Shown: one piece after another, positions 40,316-55,239 of the stretch
How the letters are laid out: every line of letters begins with the position of its first letter
Numbering within the stretch: the stretch's first letter is position 1
Assembly: GCA_951406725.2 (NCBI GenBank)
Contig: OX597824.1
Span: forward strand, 26,970,001 to 27,034,000
Direction of reading: 5' to 3'
Origin: Octopus vulgaris
Taxonomy: Eukaryota
DNA: 64,000 nt
Position numbers and translations under genes: made by a program
The notes under the pieces: generated by a model
The model's database searches: none
What the model was told of the DNA's origin: nothing
What the model saw: only the letters and a program-made list of their open reading frames with translations

Positions 40316-40813
40316 AATATATTAGGTAGGCATCATTCGACCCTGCCTTTGAATCTCAGTATTTGAGCCACCCATAGTACTGCTGTAGTACACGCGCTGT
40401 GTACACTCCTATAAAGCTGTTTTCTTTACGTGCGATAAAGGCAAGCTAAAACTGCCTTTAACTGAGTCGCGAGTTTATGTACCGTTTATTTTTTGTACAT
40501 TTTTCTCCACAAAGGCCCGTGCCTGATATATATATGTATATGCATTTATTGGTACACCAATAATGCATATATCACCAACGTTGCAATTAATCTATCAAGA
40601 GATAGATACAAGTCGTGGACAGTAATCACAAGACAAAAACGAGTGAAATACGTAAACAACGAGAAAAAAATGGAAACAGGACAAGTTAACACTGAAACAG
40701 GACCCTTCCTCAGTTGTCGGCTGTCTATCTACTTCTCATTTCGAGCCTTATGGATGTATATATATATATAAAACTTTATTATAACTTACCATAACAATAA
40801 GCATCTATCTATA

Positions 40814-40902
<89 letters not shown>

Positions 40903-41087
40903 ACTATCTATCTATCTATCTATCTAACTATCTATATGTTTGTTTGTCTATCTGTCTGTCCTTCTGTCTGTCTGTCTGTCTGTCTGTCTGTGTGTCTGTG
41001 TGTCTGTGTGTCTGTCTGTGTGTGTGTGTCTGTCTGTCTGTCTGTCTGTATGTATGTATGTATGTATGTATGCATATATATGTACAT

Positions 41088-41245
41088 ATGTGGTTGTGTG
41101 GTAAGTAGCTTGCTTCCCAACCACATAGTTCCGGGTTCTGTCCCACTGCGGGGCATCTTGTGCAAGTGTCTTCTACTATAGCCTCGGCCCGACCCAAACC
41201 GTGCTAGTGAATTTGGTAGAGAGAAACTGAAAGAAGCCCGTCATA
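41088..41245 (+). mobile_element. SINE family A 5' half
   Basis: gtgtggtaagtagcttgcttcccaaccac..caagtgtcttctactatagcctcgg..gaagcccgtc. Confidence 0.85.
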
Positions 41246-41250
41246 TTAAT

Positions 41251-41318
<68 letters not shown>

Positions 41319-41543
41319 CATTTGGTTGCATGATTGATCAGACAACCAGATGTTGTTATACATCGCTCGTCACAATGAGGTATGCCTCGTTACTTTTAGC
41401 TTTCGAATAATACCATCCCGCTGACTAGGTGACAAGGCAATATACATACATACATACATACATACATACACACATGCATACATACATACATACATACATA
41501 CATACATACATACATACATACATACATACATACATACATACAT

Positions 41544-41585
<42 letters not shown>

Positions 41586-41758
41586 ATATATATAAATATG
41601 CAGAAGTGTAGAGAATAGTATGTCGGTAACAATGGTAAGGTTAATCGGAAGGAATGCAGATATCGTTCCTTAATTATGCATGCATACATACATACATACA
41701 TGCATATATACATACACATATACATACATGCATATATACATACACATATACATACATG

Positions 41759-41815
<57 letters not shown>

Positions 41816-42028
41816 GTAGATGAAGATATACATATATATATGTGTGTGTGTATATATATATGTATGTATGTATGCATTTAAATTTTTCAAAGGAACTAAA
41901 TGAATTGAAATAATGTAAATGAAAAGAAATAAAGAATATATCTTACTACGCTTAAGAATTTTTTGTCCAGAACATTAGAATGCTTGTGTCTCTACATATG
42001 TATATATGTGCGTGCATTTGTGCGTGCA

Positions 42029-42139
<111 letters not shown>

Positions 42140-42283
42140 CACGTAACCTTCCTGACGTAGTTCTATAAGTATTTTTGCTATGTACACTTTGAACGAATTA
42201 CTTCTTATCATACATTATTATTTCACCGAGTCATGTTTGAATTCCGGTTCATTGACTCCCAAACTCACCAAATCATCCATTTT

Positions 42284-42363
<80 letters not shown>

Positions 42364-44591
42364 CAAACGCACACACACATACACACACGCATATTTGTCT
42401 GTTCGTGTACTAGTGTAAATTTATGTTTGTGTGCACGAGTGTGTGTGTATATATACGTATATATGTGTGAATATGTGTGTATATGTATGTGTCTATATAT
42501 GTATGTGTGTATGTATGTATATATGTATGTATGTATGTATGTATGTTTGTGTATAAGTATGTAAGTATGTATGTATGTATGTATGTATGTATGTATGTTT
42601 GTACAAATCCACGGACATATATACTTACAATCTTATGCAATATTTTCGTTGACCTATATTACCCACTACCTCAGTGATGATTCAGTTATGAAAGCGATCA
42701 GCGGGAGTAGTGTTACAGTATAATAACACCGAAACTATGCTGATTCTTGGCACTATAGCAGAAGAGAGACTTTAATCCCTGCGTATATGTTCTTATCTGC
42801 CATTATTTTCCCGCTCATTTTTCTCTTCATTTACACACACACACATGTACTGGGAGAACGAAACGTCACACACATAATATGTTCAAATCGGACTGGAATT
42901 GTCTGTCAATTACCGAATTTTTTAAAATTCAATAAAATTGATAAAATTATCATGAACACAGGTACTTCTACACGATGAACAAAAATGGATAACAAATTGG
43001 CCCACCCTGTGTGTGTATATATAATATATATATATATATATATAATTCTTGCAAAGGAGTGACTGAGCTACAGACACGAAGCATTAACGAGTATTAAGCA
43101 TGGCTACGAAGTCACCTACTTAAAAAAAGGTGCAGTCCATTGCTGGGACTTCTGCACAATGGCTGTCGACCCAATTTCTATGACAATGCGACGGTAGAAT
43201 ACACATCCTTTAAATGCCCTTGAGAGGGATCGAACACGGAACTAAGTACGTTGATTTACTGTGTATGCTGTCATGCTAGCAGCTATGAAAATGTATAAAG
43301 TGGTTATAGGCAGTCTTGATATATTTATGAAGTACAAACACACACTAACACGCAAAGTCAAGAATACGCGCAGATATGCAAATACAGGTATATACATACA
43401 CACACTGAAACGCATACATGCACGCACGCACATACACACTCACATATACACACGCACACATATTTACGCGCGCACACACACACATACATGCATTCAAACT
43501 TGTAGGCAAAGGTCGTTATACATATATACGCAATTATATAGAACCTGACGTGGCATTCTGGCATACATCTTTATATAACGTGAACAGGGGTAAACGTGTT
43601 AACATATATATATATATACATACATACATACATACATATGTGTGTGCATTTGTGTGTGTGTGTGTGTGTATGTGTGTGTATGTGTGTGTGTATAAGATAC
43701 GTGCTTAGATATACATGCATATTCACGAGTACTTTTACATAAATGTGTGTTTATATACATACATATACTCACACACACACACATATACATGCATATATAC
43801 ACACATACACACACATATATGTATATATATATACATACACACACATACACGTGTAAAGGAAGAACAAAGGCATTTGCAAGGCAACTCTGATATTCTGATA
43901 CTTACACATTCAAAAGACATACATACACACATAACATTTGTAGTCTCATATATATACACACCCATGATCATAACCGCATACATATTTCACAAGGATACTC
44001 ACACACGCCTCTCCTCACCACACGCAAACACACTTACACACACACATTTACACACATACACAGAATACATACATGTATACACATTTTAATGGAACACAAT
44101 TACAATGGAAAACCCTCTCTTATTCACATCAACGTACACAAACCTAGACAAACGCAAACCTCCACGTATGTATACATATATATATCTACATATGTCTATG
44201 TGTATATACATGTATACACACACACTTAGCAGTAGATTACAGATGGTTAACTACTGATAGGAGGTCTCTTTCCGATGGCACTCAACTCTTAGTAAGAACT
44301 CACTTTCCTGGAATTCTATGTTGCGACCCTTTGTACCAATATATATATGAATACATATATCTGTATGTATATACATATGTGTGTGTGTGTGTGTGTGTGA
44401 GTGTGTGTGTGTGTGTGAGTGTGTATGTGTGTGAGTATTCTTGAATATAATTGAAGTTCTTAACAGAATACGATCTGGTTACTAACAAATTAGAAAGGAT
44501 TTTCTGGGTTGATCTGAACCCAGACACTACCAGGCATTTCTGTACGTCGGACGATGAATAGATGTGTGTATGTACACAAGGATACATCTAC

Positions 44592-44642
<51 letters not shown>

Positions 44643-45079
44643 AAGTATGTATGTAGGTCGAGGGGCAGATATACGTATGCAGGTGACTCAAGTGAAGGAT
44701 TTGTTTAACGATATGCTTATCTTCGTGACACCAGTGATCTAACGGATCTTCAGGCCTGTGACTCAGGCTTTTAAAACATATTTTTTCCTAAAACACAATA
44801 TTCCCGGGTTTCGACATAAATCTGTCATTACATACCCCAATGCATCTACGTCAGCAATGGTGCCGGTTATAAAATGGATTTTATAACCGGGCTAATAGAG
44901 TTATTAGTTCCATAGTAGTTTCTCTAATATATATATCTTTTATCTCTCTGCCACGTTTCAATGAGATGTTTACACTGGCAAGACAGCTGTATGTCTTCTT
45001 TATTCAATGGTGCATGACCTGTGTTCTCTGTTTTAGTGGACAATATCAGAATTGTAATGTATTTACAAGACCGGTGGTT

Positions 45080-45470
45080 TTTCTACAAGGTTCCATACAA
45101 TGTTCTTTATTTTTTTAACTATATGTTATGTTTGTACGCTAACGTGTTTGTCAGAGCAATCATTGTTCTATGTATATGACGAGTTTCATAGGCAATGGCG
45201 ATGCTTATAACTAGAAATTTCAAGATCTTTGTAATGCTTAGAGAAAAAGAATAAATTGTATTTTCTGCTGAGAGCCAATCTGTGCAGCTTGCTGCAGATT
45301 GTAGCAGAAAGAAAAGTGAAACTTTCAGGTCATGTCTGCCGAGTACCAGAAGAAAAATACCCCAGACAGTTGTACAATGTGTGTTTCTAGAGGGACGAAA
45401 GAAGAGGCGATCTAAGAAGACGTAGCGAACTAACTTCAAAAAAGATTTGAAGCGACGTAACGTCATCATT
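45080..45470 (+). mobile_element. Decayed RTE-like LINE 3' ORF fragment
   Basis: LLQIVAERKVKLSGHVCRVPEE / IPQTVVQ..EGRKKRRSKKT*RTNFKKDLK resembles the RTE C-terminal GHV.R..GRP.KTW motif. Confidence 0.65.
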
Positions 45471-45979
45471 GATGATGAAGTTGACTATTCTCAAAACCAT
45501 GATAAATTAAAACGTCTTGCAGCTCGATGTACAGACCAACTTTACAGGAGTATTTAAAGGTAAAATTCTGTGCATCTTCTTAAGTCTTCGATTTAAAATC
45601 CAGCCTATCAATCCGGCTATGATTTATCTAGCAGTAATTACCTCCATTAGGAAAAGCCTAAATTCATTCACCAGCATGTGGAACGGACAGGAAATAACAA
45701 CGGAGGCAAATCGTTCATTGGCTCGAGCCCACTGCCCTGCTTAGAACGGAATTGTACCCAATGGTATGTGTTGGAACGCATATCACAGTATGTAATTTTT
45801 CATGTGATAGTGTCATGTCTTATAGGAGGGTCCGTAGCTTTAGGGCAGCTACTGATACTGTGGACAATATATTATTTTTTAACTGTGTGTTGCAAATTTT
45901 CTGTCATGTGATGGTGGTTTTTATAATCATAGTTATCTTATAAGGTAATTTCATCCTGAGTCAGGATTTGATTTAATAT

Positions 45980-46400
45980 TGGTTTCAAATTACATCGAGC
46001 CCTGTGTTTGACTGGTACTTATTTATCGACTGCTGAAGAATAAAAGGAAAAGCTGACGTCGGAGGAATTTGAAATCAGAACGTACAAACAGACGAAATGC
46101 CGCTAAGCATTTTGCCCGGCGTATACTTATAACGATTCTGCCAGCTTTCTTGTTTGAGCATTTGAGTAATAATAAGCGATGTTTTAAGGTGGCGAGCTGG
46201 CAGAAACGTTAAACACGCCGGAGAAAATGCTTAGCGGCATTTCGTCCATATTTAGGTTCTGAGTTCAAATTCCGCCGAGGTCGACTTTGCCCTTCATCCT
46301 TTCGGGGTTCATAAAATAAGTACCTGTTGAGTACTAGGGTCAATGTAATCGACTTATATCTTGCCCGAATTTGCAGGCATTGTGCCAAAATTTGAATACA
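45980..46400. mobile_element. Divergent (head-to-head) pair of SINE family B copies
   Basis: Minus copy 45980-46150 and plus copy 46187-46400. Confidence 0.8.
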
Positions 46401-47240
46401 TTGTTAAGCTATCCATTCAGTTAGCTCGTCACGTTATTTGTAAATATTAGAACCAGTTACCTTTCACAGATACTAAAAAACTGTTACCGCAACATAAATA
46501 TTTCAGTCATAATGCCACTGGGATGGGGATTGGTTGAAACGGTATACTGTTGGCCACTTTACATCTACAATCTTCTGAGTTCAAATCACGCTAAAATCAA
46601 TAATGCACTTACGATGTGGTGCTGAAAACTTCCTCGGTTTGGGTAAAAGAAAATACAGGAGGATCAGTTAATTACAATTATTCAACATATTCCCCTCTCA
46701 AATTCATACTTATTGCAGCGGTCCTTCAATTTTTATAAGCCCTGTAAAAGAACTCAGAATGTCGGACTTTCAGTTGGGCCTTTCACTACACCCTTAAAGC
46801 CAGGAACACTTCTGTACCCCTCGTATTCCTTTCAATTTAGATTAAATAAAGTACTTGCCAAATACTTGGATAGATTTAATCGATTACAGCCTACCGAGTC
46901 AAATTTGTGCCCTTGTGCTAATGTTTACCTTGAGCCTACAGATGGTTGAGGACGGAGTCTAAACGGATTTTCAAATATATATAGGCTGAACGTTCAAGAC
47001 GCAACCCTTTGAATGAGACGCCAATTGGACACATAATTGACCCTTAACGTTAGATAGGTATTCATTTTCAGCTGAGTGAACTGGAAGTGAAATGTCTTGT
47101 TCAAGGCTCGATTTAGGGGTTCAACATACATCGTTATATTCCGAAACGAACTCATGGCCTAACAATCATGAGCCCATTGACCAAAGCCTTTGTCTTTACC
47201 AATAATAGAAATGCGCGCGCAAGTGTATATGTGTGTGTGT

Positions 47241-47310
<70 letters not shown>

Positions 47311-47704
47311 GAGAGAGAATAGTTGCATAAGTGTAGGAAAACGAAAGAAGGCATATACAATATCCAAAATATTCTAGTTTGGAATTAATGAAAACCTGCG
47401 TTCTGAGTTCAAAACCTAGTCCGTTCTAAGTTTTAGGTAACATTTAAATAATCTTTAGATAAACTTCTTGAAGAGTTGGAACAAATCTGTCTTACTACAT
47501 GGATTAAAACCGTAATGGATCTCCCGACCCAATCTGAATCATTTGGTTCGAGATATATTTGACAACTGCGTATGGATTGGATCCTATTCTACACAAATTC
47601 TCATTGGGATTAATCCGTTATAGGCTTTGGTTAATTCTATACTGTAATTTTATGCGTGAAGCTGCGATCATAAATGTTGCGTGTTCAATATCTGAATCGG
47701 GCCA

Positions 47705-48100
47705 AAGCGGCGAGCTAGCAGAAACGTTAACGCGACGTGTGAAATGCTTAGCGGTATTTCGTCTCCCGTTACGTTCTGAGTTCAAATTCCACCGAGGTCG
47801 ACTTTGCCTTTCATCTTTTCGGGATCGATCAAATAAGTACCAGTTATGCACTGGTTCAATGTAATCGACTTAATCAGTTTGTCTGTCCTTGTTTGACCCC
47901 TCTGTGTTTAATCCCTTGTGAGTAGTAAAGAAATAGGTATTTCGTCCGCCGCTGCGTTCTGAGTTCAAATTCCGCCTAAGTCGACTTTGCCTTTCATCCT
48001 TTTAGGGGTGGATAAATTAAGCACCAGTTGTGTACTGTGGTCGATCTAATCGACTGGGCTCCTTCCCAAAATTTCGGGACTTGTGCCTAGAGTAGAAAAG
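47705..48100 (+). mobile_element. SINE family B dimer
   Basis: Same junction: gtaaagaaataggtatttcgtcc. Confidence 0.88.
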
Positions 48101-48417
48101 AATATCTAAGTCGAACCGAAGTTTGCCCTTGAGCAAGATATTTCATCTCAGGTTGCTTCTGGTAACACATCTGAAAATGAATGCCGGTGGAGTCTTCTTT
48201 CTCTGGAAATGTCGCAACACTGGATGTACCGCTGGATTAAATAGTGAAAGAATTGAGAAGGCGCCTATATCACATTACACATGCTACTAAAACAATTGTG
48301 TTTCATCTTTAAACGCTTTATTGAATCAGCTGAAGAAACCATGACAAGCGAAACTTGATGTCCTTTTTAAATCAATATTATCTATCTGTCTGCCTGTCTA
48401 TCTATCTAATCTATCTA

Positions 48418-48493
<76 letters not shown>

Positions 48494-48522
48494 GTCTGTC
48501 TGTCTGTCTGTCTTTCTTTCTG

Positions 48523-48571
<49 letters not shown>

Positions 48572-48666
48572 GTATCTATCTATCTATCTGTCTATCTATC
48601 TTTCTGTATTTTTATGTGTGCCTAAGTATATATATATATGTGTATATATATACATATATATATATG

Positions 48667-48710
<44 letters not shown>

Positions 48711-48713
48711 CAT

Positions 48714-48751
<38 letters not shown>

Positions 48752-49649
48752 GCATACATACATATATATATTTATGTATGTATGTATGTATGTATGTATG
48801 TATGTATGTATGTATGTATGTATGTATGTATGTATGTATGCATGTATGTGTATACTTAAGTTTGCATCAACTATATGACAGGTACCGAATATCTGTATCT
48901 ATAAGTACAAGATTTGGCGCGATTTGCGCATGTGGAGTGATTTCTCATTGTATACAGGCACACTACGAAACACAAACACACACGGATACACACACACACA
49001 CACACACACACACATTCATACATATGCTTATGTATGCATATATATGTATGTGTGCGTGTGTTTATATATATACATATACATACATATATATATATATATA
49101 TGTGTGTGTGTGTATATATATATATATGTATGTATGTAGGTATCTATGTATCTATGTATGTATGTATGTATATATATATATATATGGTTGTATGTATTTC
49201 TAATCATTAATCTCATCGCTTTATTGTTACTTTTAGCAGTTCGACTGTACCAACTTCCGGTTAGAGAGGCGGTATTTCCGGAAAGTTCAAGCTTTCCGCT
49301 CAAACAGAATTTCTTCCAGGTTTGTGTTTGTCTATCAAAAGTGGCCCATTAGAAAATTTGTATTTGTCTTATTTTCATTTGTCGTTTTCATTTAACAATT
49401 CTACCTATACACACATACACACATATACATACATATATGTGTGTGTGTGTGTGTGTTTATTGTTATTTCCTCTCAGTAAACAACACACATTCCTGACTGT
49501 TCGTTAATAATGGACCGCCGCTATTACTTGAATTCCTTTATATGTTAAGAATCCATTGTTCTAAAGATATTTCATTATGTTCTCTCTATAGGCTCAAATG
49601 TAGAGGTCCTTACTCTGATTTTCACGGGGTGTGGTACATAGTTTTTTTG

Positions 49650-49795
49650 TTGTTGATATTTGTATATTATTCGTAGTTTTCTTGTTGATATTTGTTGATT
49701 TATATTTGTTTATATATGTTGTTGATATTTGTATATTATTCGTAGTTTTCCTGTTGATATTTGTTGATTTATATTTGTTTGTATATTATTCGTGA
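49650..49795. repeat. Short tandem duplication (~70 bp x2)
   Basis: gttgttgatatttgtatattattcgtagttttc.tgttgatatttgttgatttatatttgttt occurs twice. Confidence 0.85.
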
Positions 49796-49814
49796 GATCT
49801 ATCTTATTTAGACA

Positions 49815-50540
49815 TAGGTGTTCTCAGGTCGGGCGACGTCTGGGGCAGCAGTGTAATTCCTCCAGTTTGATCGGTCAGTAGCCACTCTCTGTGAATTGTT
49901 CCATTGTAGGTTTACCAGCTGAAGGTCCCTGTCGTCTGGTACCAATATATCTTGGGACACCCCACCCCTGTGCCGTTGCCTCTGACGGTTCCACTTAAGG
50001 ATTTAGTTGATGAGTCTCTTCGTTGGGACTCTTTCGACATGTCCAAGACAAACTCAGTCGGCGCTTGTAGACAGTGATGGCTACTGGAAGTTGGTCACTT
50101 CTTCTTTGACCTCCTCGTTGCTGCTAAAATCATCAGATTTAGGTTTTTTTATATTTTCCGGAGTCATCTGCTGTCAAAAGCGTCCGGCTTCTTTCCTTGG
50201 CTTGGTTTCAGGCCCATGTTTCGCAGCCATATAAAAGAGTGGAAAGCCCATTGTAGTTGTATGACTACATTTTGGTATTTTAAATAAAATTTTTTGCTCT
50301 TCCACATTACACTAACCACTTTGAATGTAACTAACACCTTTTCCACTCTTTTGCCATGTCTCCCTTCTTTTTCAGAGCTATTTCTGTTTCCATAGAGTAA
50401 TTTCGTATCGGTCGCCTCCACTCCGGAAACTGACTGTGGAGAGAAATGTTGTTGGTTATACGGACCCCGAATGATCCAGCATCCTTTTTTATTTTTACTT
50501 TGTATTCTGTAGCTGTATCCTAACATTTCAATGAACTGGG
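49815..50540 (-). mobile_element. Decayed RTE-like LINE 3' fragment
   Basis: Minus strand STLLYGCETW..DAFDSR*LRKI (RTE LLYG.ETW motif). Confidence 0.8.
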
Positions 50541-50869
50541 AAGGTGTTTGGCAGAACCCTTCACCGCTCCAAGCGTTCTAGACTCTCAAGAAATTTGGCC
50601 AGCCTGCAGAAGCAGCTATTGCGGAAAGTTGTCAAATCCGGAAGTGAGTATCAACTGAAAGCCAGTGGTGCTGTCCATTCCATAGGAATCTGGACATCTC
50701 TCCATCCCTGGAAAGTCACGCTCAAAGCAAACAAAGAATACATGGTTTGCGTTGTGTGTTTGTAAGTTACGACCCCTTACATTATGAGTTCGAATTTCAC
50801 TGCGAGTGCCTTAGCGTTTTAACCTCATGGGGAAGATAAATGCGATACTGGAGTTATTATCAGTATCTT

Positions 50870-50986
50870 TTTTCTTCTTCTTCTTCTTCTTCTTCTTCTT
50901 CTTCTTCTTCTTCTTCTTCTTCTTCTTCTTCTTCTTCTTCTTCTTCTTCTTCTTCTCATTGTAATATAATTATATTATTATTATTA

Positions 50987-51050
<64 letters not shown>

Positions 51051-51070
51051 CCTCATCATCATCATCATCA

Positions 51071-51119
<49 letters not shown>

Positions 51120-51166
51120 CATCATTATTATTATTATTATCATCATTATTATTATTATTATTATCA

Positions 51167-51201
<35 letters not shown>

Positions 51202-51215
51202 GTTGTTCTTCTTCC
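50870..51215. repeat. (TTC)n and (TTA/TCA)n microsatellites
   Basis: Direct reading. Confidence 0.95.
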
Positions 51216-51624
51216 TCTTGTTATTTCCATCATTATTATCGTTTCGTTTCGTATTTAGTAAGTGATAAAGCCAGTCCTAATCATGAGATAAACCTTCTCT
51301 GTAAATTTCTTGAGCGTCTGGCGCCAATTTATTTCTTGAATTAAAGAAAGTAAAAAAAAAACAACACACACATCTGTATACATAATAGAATGACATTATA
51401 AAATACAAGAAAACAACATACGATAACACACACACATGTACGCGCCGCACACATACATATACATACGAAACTATACGCACACACGTGTCAGTGTGTGCGT
51501 ATATATATATATATATAGCGTATATATATAGTGTATACATATATATATGTATATATATATATATATATATATGTATATGCATATATATATATGTATATAT
51601 GTATGTATCTCTCTCTCTCTCTCT

Positions 51625-51678
<54 letters not shown>

Positions 51679-51773
51679 TACGTGTGTCACGCATACATAA
51701 ATACATACACATATTTATGCATTATTTATATATATATATAATGCATATATACATAAACATATATATTTATATA

Positions 51774-51813
<40 letters not shown>

Positions 51814-52862
51814 TATATATATATATCTATATAATTAAAATAAACGCCAGCAATGACAGCGATAGCGTGGACGGCGGTGGCGACAACGACGACGGTGATA
51901 ATGATGATGATGGTGATGATGATGATGATGATGTTGATGATGATGACGATGACGACGACCATGACGGCGATGCTGCTGCTGCTGCTGATAATGAGGGTGA
52001 AGATCTGAAAAGCGATAAGACCACCACCACTACCACCACTACCACCGCCGCCGCTGCCGCCATCACCACCACGGGCGTCACCAGCAGTACCAGCTGCAGC
52101 AACACCAATACTGTGTCACTGCAAGCACCACCCGCAGAATTACTGCGAAAAATGAAAAAGAGAAAAAGATATCCCCCCCCTTTACGTCTCTTTACCCCCC
52201 CCCACACACACACACTTTCACCTCTCTTTCTTTCTCTCTCTTTTACTCTTCTCGCCAGTCCACAAACTGGTAAGATTTAAAGTCTTAAATTTTAATCTTG
52301 TTATCAATTTGAAATTCTTTCAGAAAACACTTCAATTACACACACACACACACACACAGAGACACACACACACACAGACATACACACACACGTACGCACG
52401 TACGCACGCAAGCACATATAGCCACGGATACTCGTCCACTCAGACATCTTGAATTGATAACACTGGCCAAATAAAGAAATGAATAAAGAAATAAAAGAAA
52501 CAAAGAAATTAGGCGGAAGAAGTTTCGCGAAGCGATTCTCAAAGATGCCAAATTGTAAATCCTCGATTTCAAGAATTAAATATCGTTATGTATGTATGTA
52601 TGTATGTATGTATGTATGTATGTATGTATGTATGTATGTATGTACATATGTATAATTACATGTATGTATATATGTATGTATGTATCAATATATACATGTA
52701 TTATGTATATATGTATATATATGTATATATGAATATATATATATGTGTGTGTATGTATGTGTATGTGTAAATGAAAATATGTAAATATATATATATGTAT
52801 GTTTGTATACAAGTATTGACAGATGTGTACATGTACATATGGAGGCATCTGCGTATATATAA

Positions 52863-52911
<49 letters not shown>

Positions 52912-53454
52912 ATTTATAATATATATATATGTGTGTGTATGTGTATATATATATTATATACATGTGCGTTTGTGTGTGTATGTATATGCATATATGATTA
53001 TATGGCGATATATCTTTTATATATACATATATAAATAAATATATAAATATATCAACATACACACACACGCATATATATAAATATATATATATATACGAGT
53101 ATGTTTGTGTACGTGTATGTATATGTGTATGTTTGTGCGTATGTGTGTTATATGTGATGTGTATATATATATGTGTGTGTGTGAACGTATGACGTGCTAG
53201 AGAGACAGAAATGAAATTGATAAACTTCCAAACGTACCAAGGGAGAACGAAACAAATTTTAATTTAAAATTTCACTTCATCCTTTCTTTGATTTTTCACT
53301 TTTATTCATTTTGTTTGTGCGTAAATTATTCCCATTCTAACAGATATCACTCACTGATACGTTGGGGGCTTTATCCTCTTCCAATTCTTCTTAATACTAT
53401 CTCACTTGTCTTTCTTTTCCTCTTTGTGTTTTCTTTTCTTTTCTTTGCTCTCTT

Positions 53455-54300
53455 GGGCGACCAGTTGGCAGAATCGTTAACGCGCCGGACAAAAACGCTT
53501 TGTGACCTTTCTTTCCGGCTTTTTTACGCTTTCAGTTCAAACCCCGTCGCAACAGACCTTGCGTTTTATCATTTTCTGAATCGAGAAAATAAAGTACCAG
53601 TCAAATATATTTCTTTACAACCCACAAGAGGCTAAACAATAGAGGGGACAGACAAGGACAGATAAACGGATTAAGTCGATTACATCGACCGCAGTGCGCA
53701 ACTGGTACTTAATTTATCGACCCCGAAAGGATGAAAGGCAAAGTCGACCTCGGCGGAATTTGAACTCGGAACGTAACGGCAGACGAAATACGGCTACGCA
53801 GTTCGCCCGGCGTGCTAACGTTTCTGCCAGCTCGCCGCCTTCCAAGTACCAGTCAAATACTGGGGTCGATATTATCGACTAAGCCCTTCTCCAAAATTGC
53901 TGCTCCGGATAAAACGCTAAGTGGCATTCTTTTATGACTTTAAGTTCCGAGTTCAAATGCTGCCGAGCTAAATTTTGTCTTTTATCCTTTGAGGATCGAT
54001 AAAATAAAGTACCAGTGAAATATTGTGGTCGATGTAAAAAATTTAACCCTTGCCCGAAATTGCTATCCTTGTACGCATAGTAGAAAGAATTATTTTACAT
54101 TGACTCAAAGGCGGTGACCTGGCAGAATGGTTCGCACCGGACAAAATGCTTAAGACCGTTTTTCCAGCTCTTTAGATGCTGAGTTCAAATCTCGTCAAAC
54201 TCAACTTTACCTTTCATTTTTTTTTTCAGGGTCGATGAAATAAAGTACCAGTGGAATCAGTGTTATCGGTTAACCTTCGTGCTCACTTTCGGCTAGAAGC
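53455..54300. mobile_element. Nest of SINE family B copies; young minus copy 53608-53843 inserted in an older plus copy
   Basis: 16-bp TSD aagtaccagtcaaata (53592-53607 / 53844-53859). Confidence 0.88.
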
Positions 54301-54701
54301 AATTACTTTCTTTTCTTTTGAGTGAGGTAAGCTGTCAGAATCGCTACTGCGTCGAACAAAATACTTATCAGTATCTAGCTACTTTTTAAATTGAAATTCC
54401 ACAGAGGTTTACTTTAATTTTCATCTTTAACTTTACATTTAAGTTTCAGAGTCGACAAAATAAGTTCCAGTTGAGCAAATGGATCGATGTAATCGATTTT
54501 CTGCTCCCCTTAAACTATTTATTTCTCTATTGCTTCTGGAGGAAGTGTTTGTCGATGAATTGAACCCACGTACATGAGTGGTACATAATTGCTTCATAGT
54601 CGAAAGGAAGAAAGACAAAACTGACCTCGTAGGGATTTGAACTAAGAAAGTAAGAAACAAAAACATATCCGAAAATTTATTTTTTCGCACACTTACGATC
54701 C

Positions 54702-54960
54702 GTGGAGGCGCGTGGCTTAGTGAGTAGGGTGTTGGATTTATGATCATAAGATTGTGGTTTCAATCCTTGGACCGAGTAACGCATTGTGTTCTTGAACAAA
54801 ACACTTCATTTCATTTCACGTCGCTCCAGTCCCTTCAGCTGACAAAAATTAATAATCCTTCGATGGTTCGGCGTCCCGTATATGTAGGGAATACATACGT
54901 CACGAGAACCAGGAAAGCGGCCACATGAGTCTATGACACGGGAAGGATTTTTACTTGTAC
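54702..54960 (+). mobile_element. tRNA/CORE SINE with C1-type head and a different 3' module
   Basis: ggaggcgcgtggcttagtg..gtttcaatcc..tgtgttcttgaacaaaacactt..gctccagtcc; tail cgatggttcggcgtcccgt..catgagtc. Confidence 0.7.
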
Positions 54961-55239
54961 TACTTAGAATCCTGCCAATCTAATCCACCGTTCTGCGAGA
55001 ATAATCATAAATTGTTCATCCCAGTATCGATTTCCTCATTGGAATAGTCAAATTTCTCACTAGAATCTTCAAATTTCTCACCAAGTCATTCAACGTGGTG
55101 CAAACCAACATTTCTCAATCGGTAAAATTCGGTAAGATGATGAAACCCATCACTGTACAGTAACGAGTTCCTCGTGCGTACCTCGCGGTACCCCTACTGT
55201 TGCTATTATGCGTAACAGTGAGTTATTATTTTTCTGACT

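Noticed and set aside
44863-44891. Hairpin ccggttataaaatggattttataaccgg
   Set aside because: Too short for a pre-miRNA and isolated; bacterial-type terminators do not apply
45119-45469. 116-aa minus-strand ORF as a host exon
   Set aside because: It is antisense to a decayed RTE-like LINE fragment
51531-52280. 249-aa ORF with poly-D/T/A and a KKRKR NLS-like motif
   Set aside because: N-terminal half is (TA)n and the rest is trinucleotide repeats; no recognisable domain
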